A stretch of DNA of 64,000 nucleotides from Macrostomum lignano (lineage: Eukaryota), in assembly GCA_002269645.1 (NCBI GenBank), contig NIVC01001209.1, forward strand, positions 69,929 through 133,928. The letters run 5' to 3'. This document shows positions 62,979 to 64,000 of this stretch, piece after piece. Both the position numbers and the translations under genes were made by a program. The first letter of the stretch is position 1. Each line of letters starts with the position of its first letter. The notes under the pieces are model-generated. The model was not told the DNA's origin, searched no databases, and worked only from the letters and a program-made list of their open reading frames with translations.

Positions 62979-64000
62979 GGTATGTACCAAAATCCAACTA
63001 CACCAAGTGCAGCTTGACTGAGCATCAATTATTATTGAGAATGAAGCCCCAGCAAACGCCAGTCAAGTGCATCTGGGATCTGCTCTCCAATAAATGATAC
63101 TACTTAGAAGAAAATTCAAATCGAATTAGGAAACCTGGGTGGCCTCAAAGGTTGCATTTATTGTCCTCCTCGTCAAGCTTCTCTTTCTCTTTCTCCTTCG
63201 AGAAGAAGTGCCTTCACTTGGCTCGATTCTCAAAAAGAGAATAGTAAAAAGTGGAGCTTTATTTGTGCGCGCTAGACCTTAATAGAAGCCTCTTGGGCGC
63301 GGCTCTCAGCTCTGCCAGCCAACCCCCCCCCCCTATGGCTTCGCTCTCAAGTGGGAAACCCTCTCCAAAAAAGCAATGCAAAAAATGGCTGCTGCTGGAA
63401 GGTAGGTATAGGTAATGCATTAAAAGCAGCAAGGAATGGGGCGCTGCAAAATTTTCTGTGGCCAATTTTCTCTTTGAAATGGAGAGAAAGAGCTGGCTTA
63501 GCAGCCGACCGCAGCTCGCCAGTGCGTTGCAATGCCAGCCTGTCGTATTAATATCATACAGGCATTGATGCAGTGACTGCAATGGGTACGACGCGGGGAG
63601 GTTAAAAATTGATAGAAAAGTTCCTCCCTAGCCATCCGAACTTCGATCTGATTGATGCCACGAGCGCACTAACAGAGTCTAAAGAATTATTCCCGTGGAA
63701 ACAGCTACATGCTTCTGCAGTCAATAATTTTCAACTTCTTACCGTGAGACCGCAAGACTCTAGTCCTCCTCTCTCGCTCTCTCCTAAAGAGTAATTTTGA
63801 ACTCAACTTGTGGAATTCTTCTCAACTACTCGTAGAAGCATGGAAATACACGCGCCAGAAAAATGAGTGGGTGCATTTGAGTAAGGAGTGAACCAGTTCG
63901 ACTCTATCAAATCGGCGTCATTCATATATGGCTTCCAGAAGCTGCCAAGGCACAGCTAAAAGTGTCGCAGAACCCACGGCACTTAACGATATGCATGGAA

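Overview
Eukaryotic (animal) genomic DNA, not prokaryotic: GT-AG spliced genes with GC- and Ala-rich exons, AT-rich spacers and about 20 unrelated mini/microsatellite arrays. The style resembles a repeat-rich flatworm genome such as Macrostomum (inference only). I reconstructed five genes by hand. On the minus strand: intronless phosphatidylinositol synthase (248-928), 5-exon PGAP2/Frag1-like (2748-5996), 7-exon SLC16/MCT transporter (10210-25889) and the 3' part of a Dachsous-type cadherin (46453-52653, with a 1-nt frameshift). On the plus strand: an unrecognised 2-exon gene (38112-39711). Mobile DNA comprises a tRNA-derived CORE-type SINE, a decayed mariner next to a non-LTR RT fragment, several MITEs and a nested stack of Harbinger inside Harbinger inside a hAT-type MITE, possibly inside a fourth element. 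Most long ORFs in the supplied track are artefacts of tandem repeats. There is no CRISPR array, and I recognised no rRNA or tRNA gene. Main leads: nearly every long intron carries its own private satellite, often abutting a splice site; the nested transposon stack; the co-oriented PGAP2-PIS pair as a possible trans-spliced operon; and a sharply bounded CpG-depleted block. All coordinates and counts are manual and should be recomputed.
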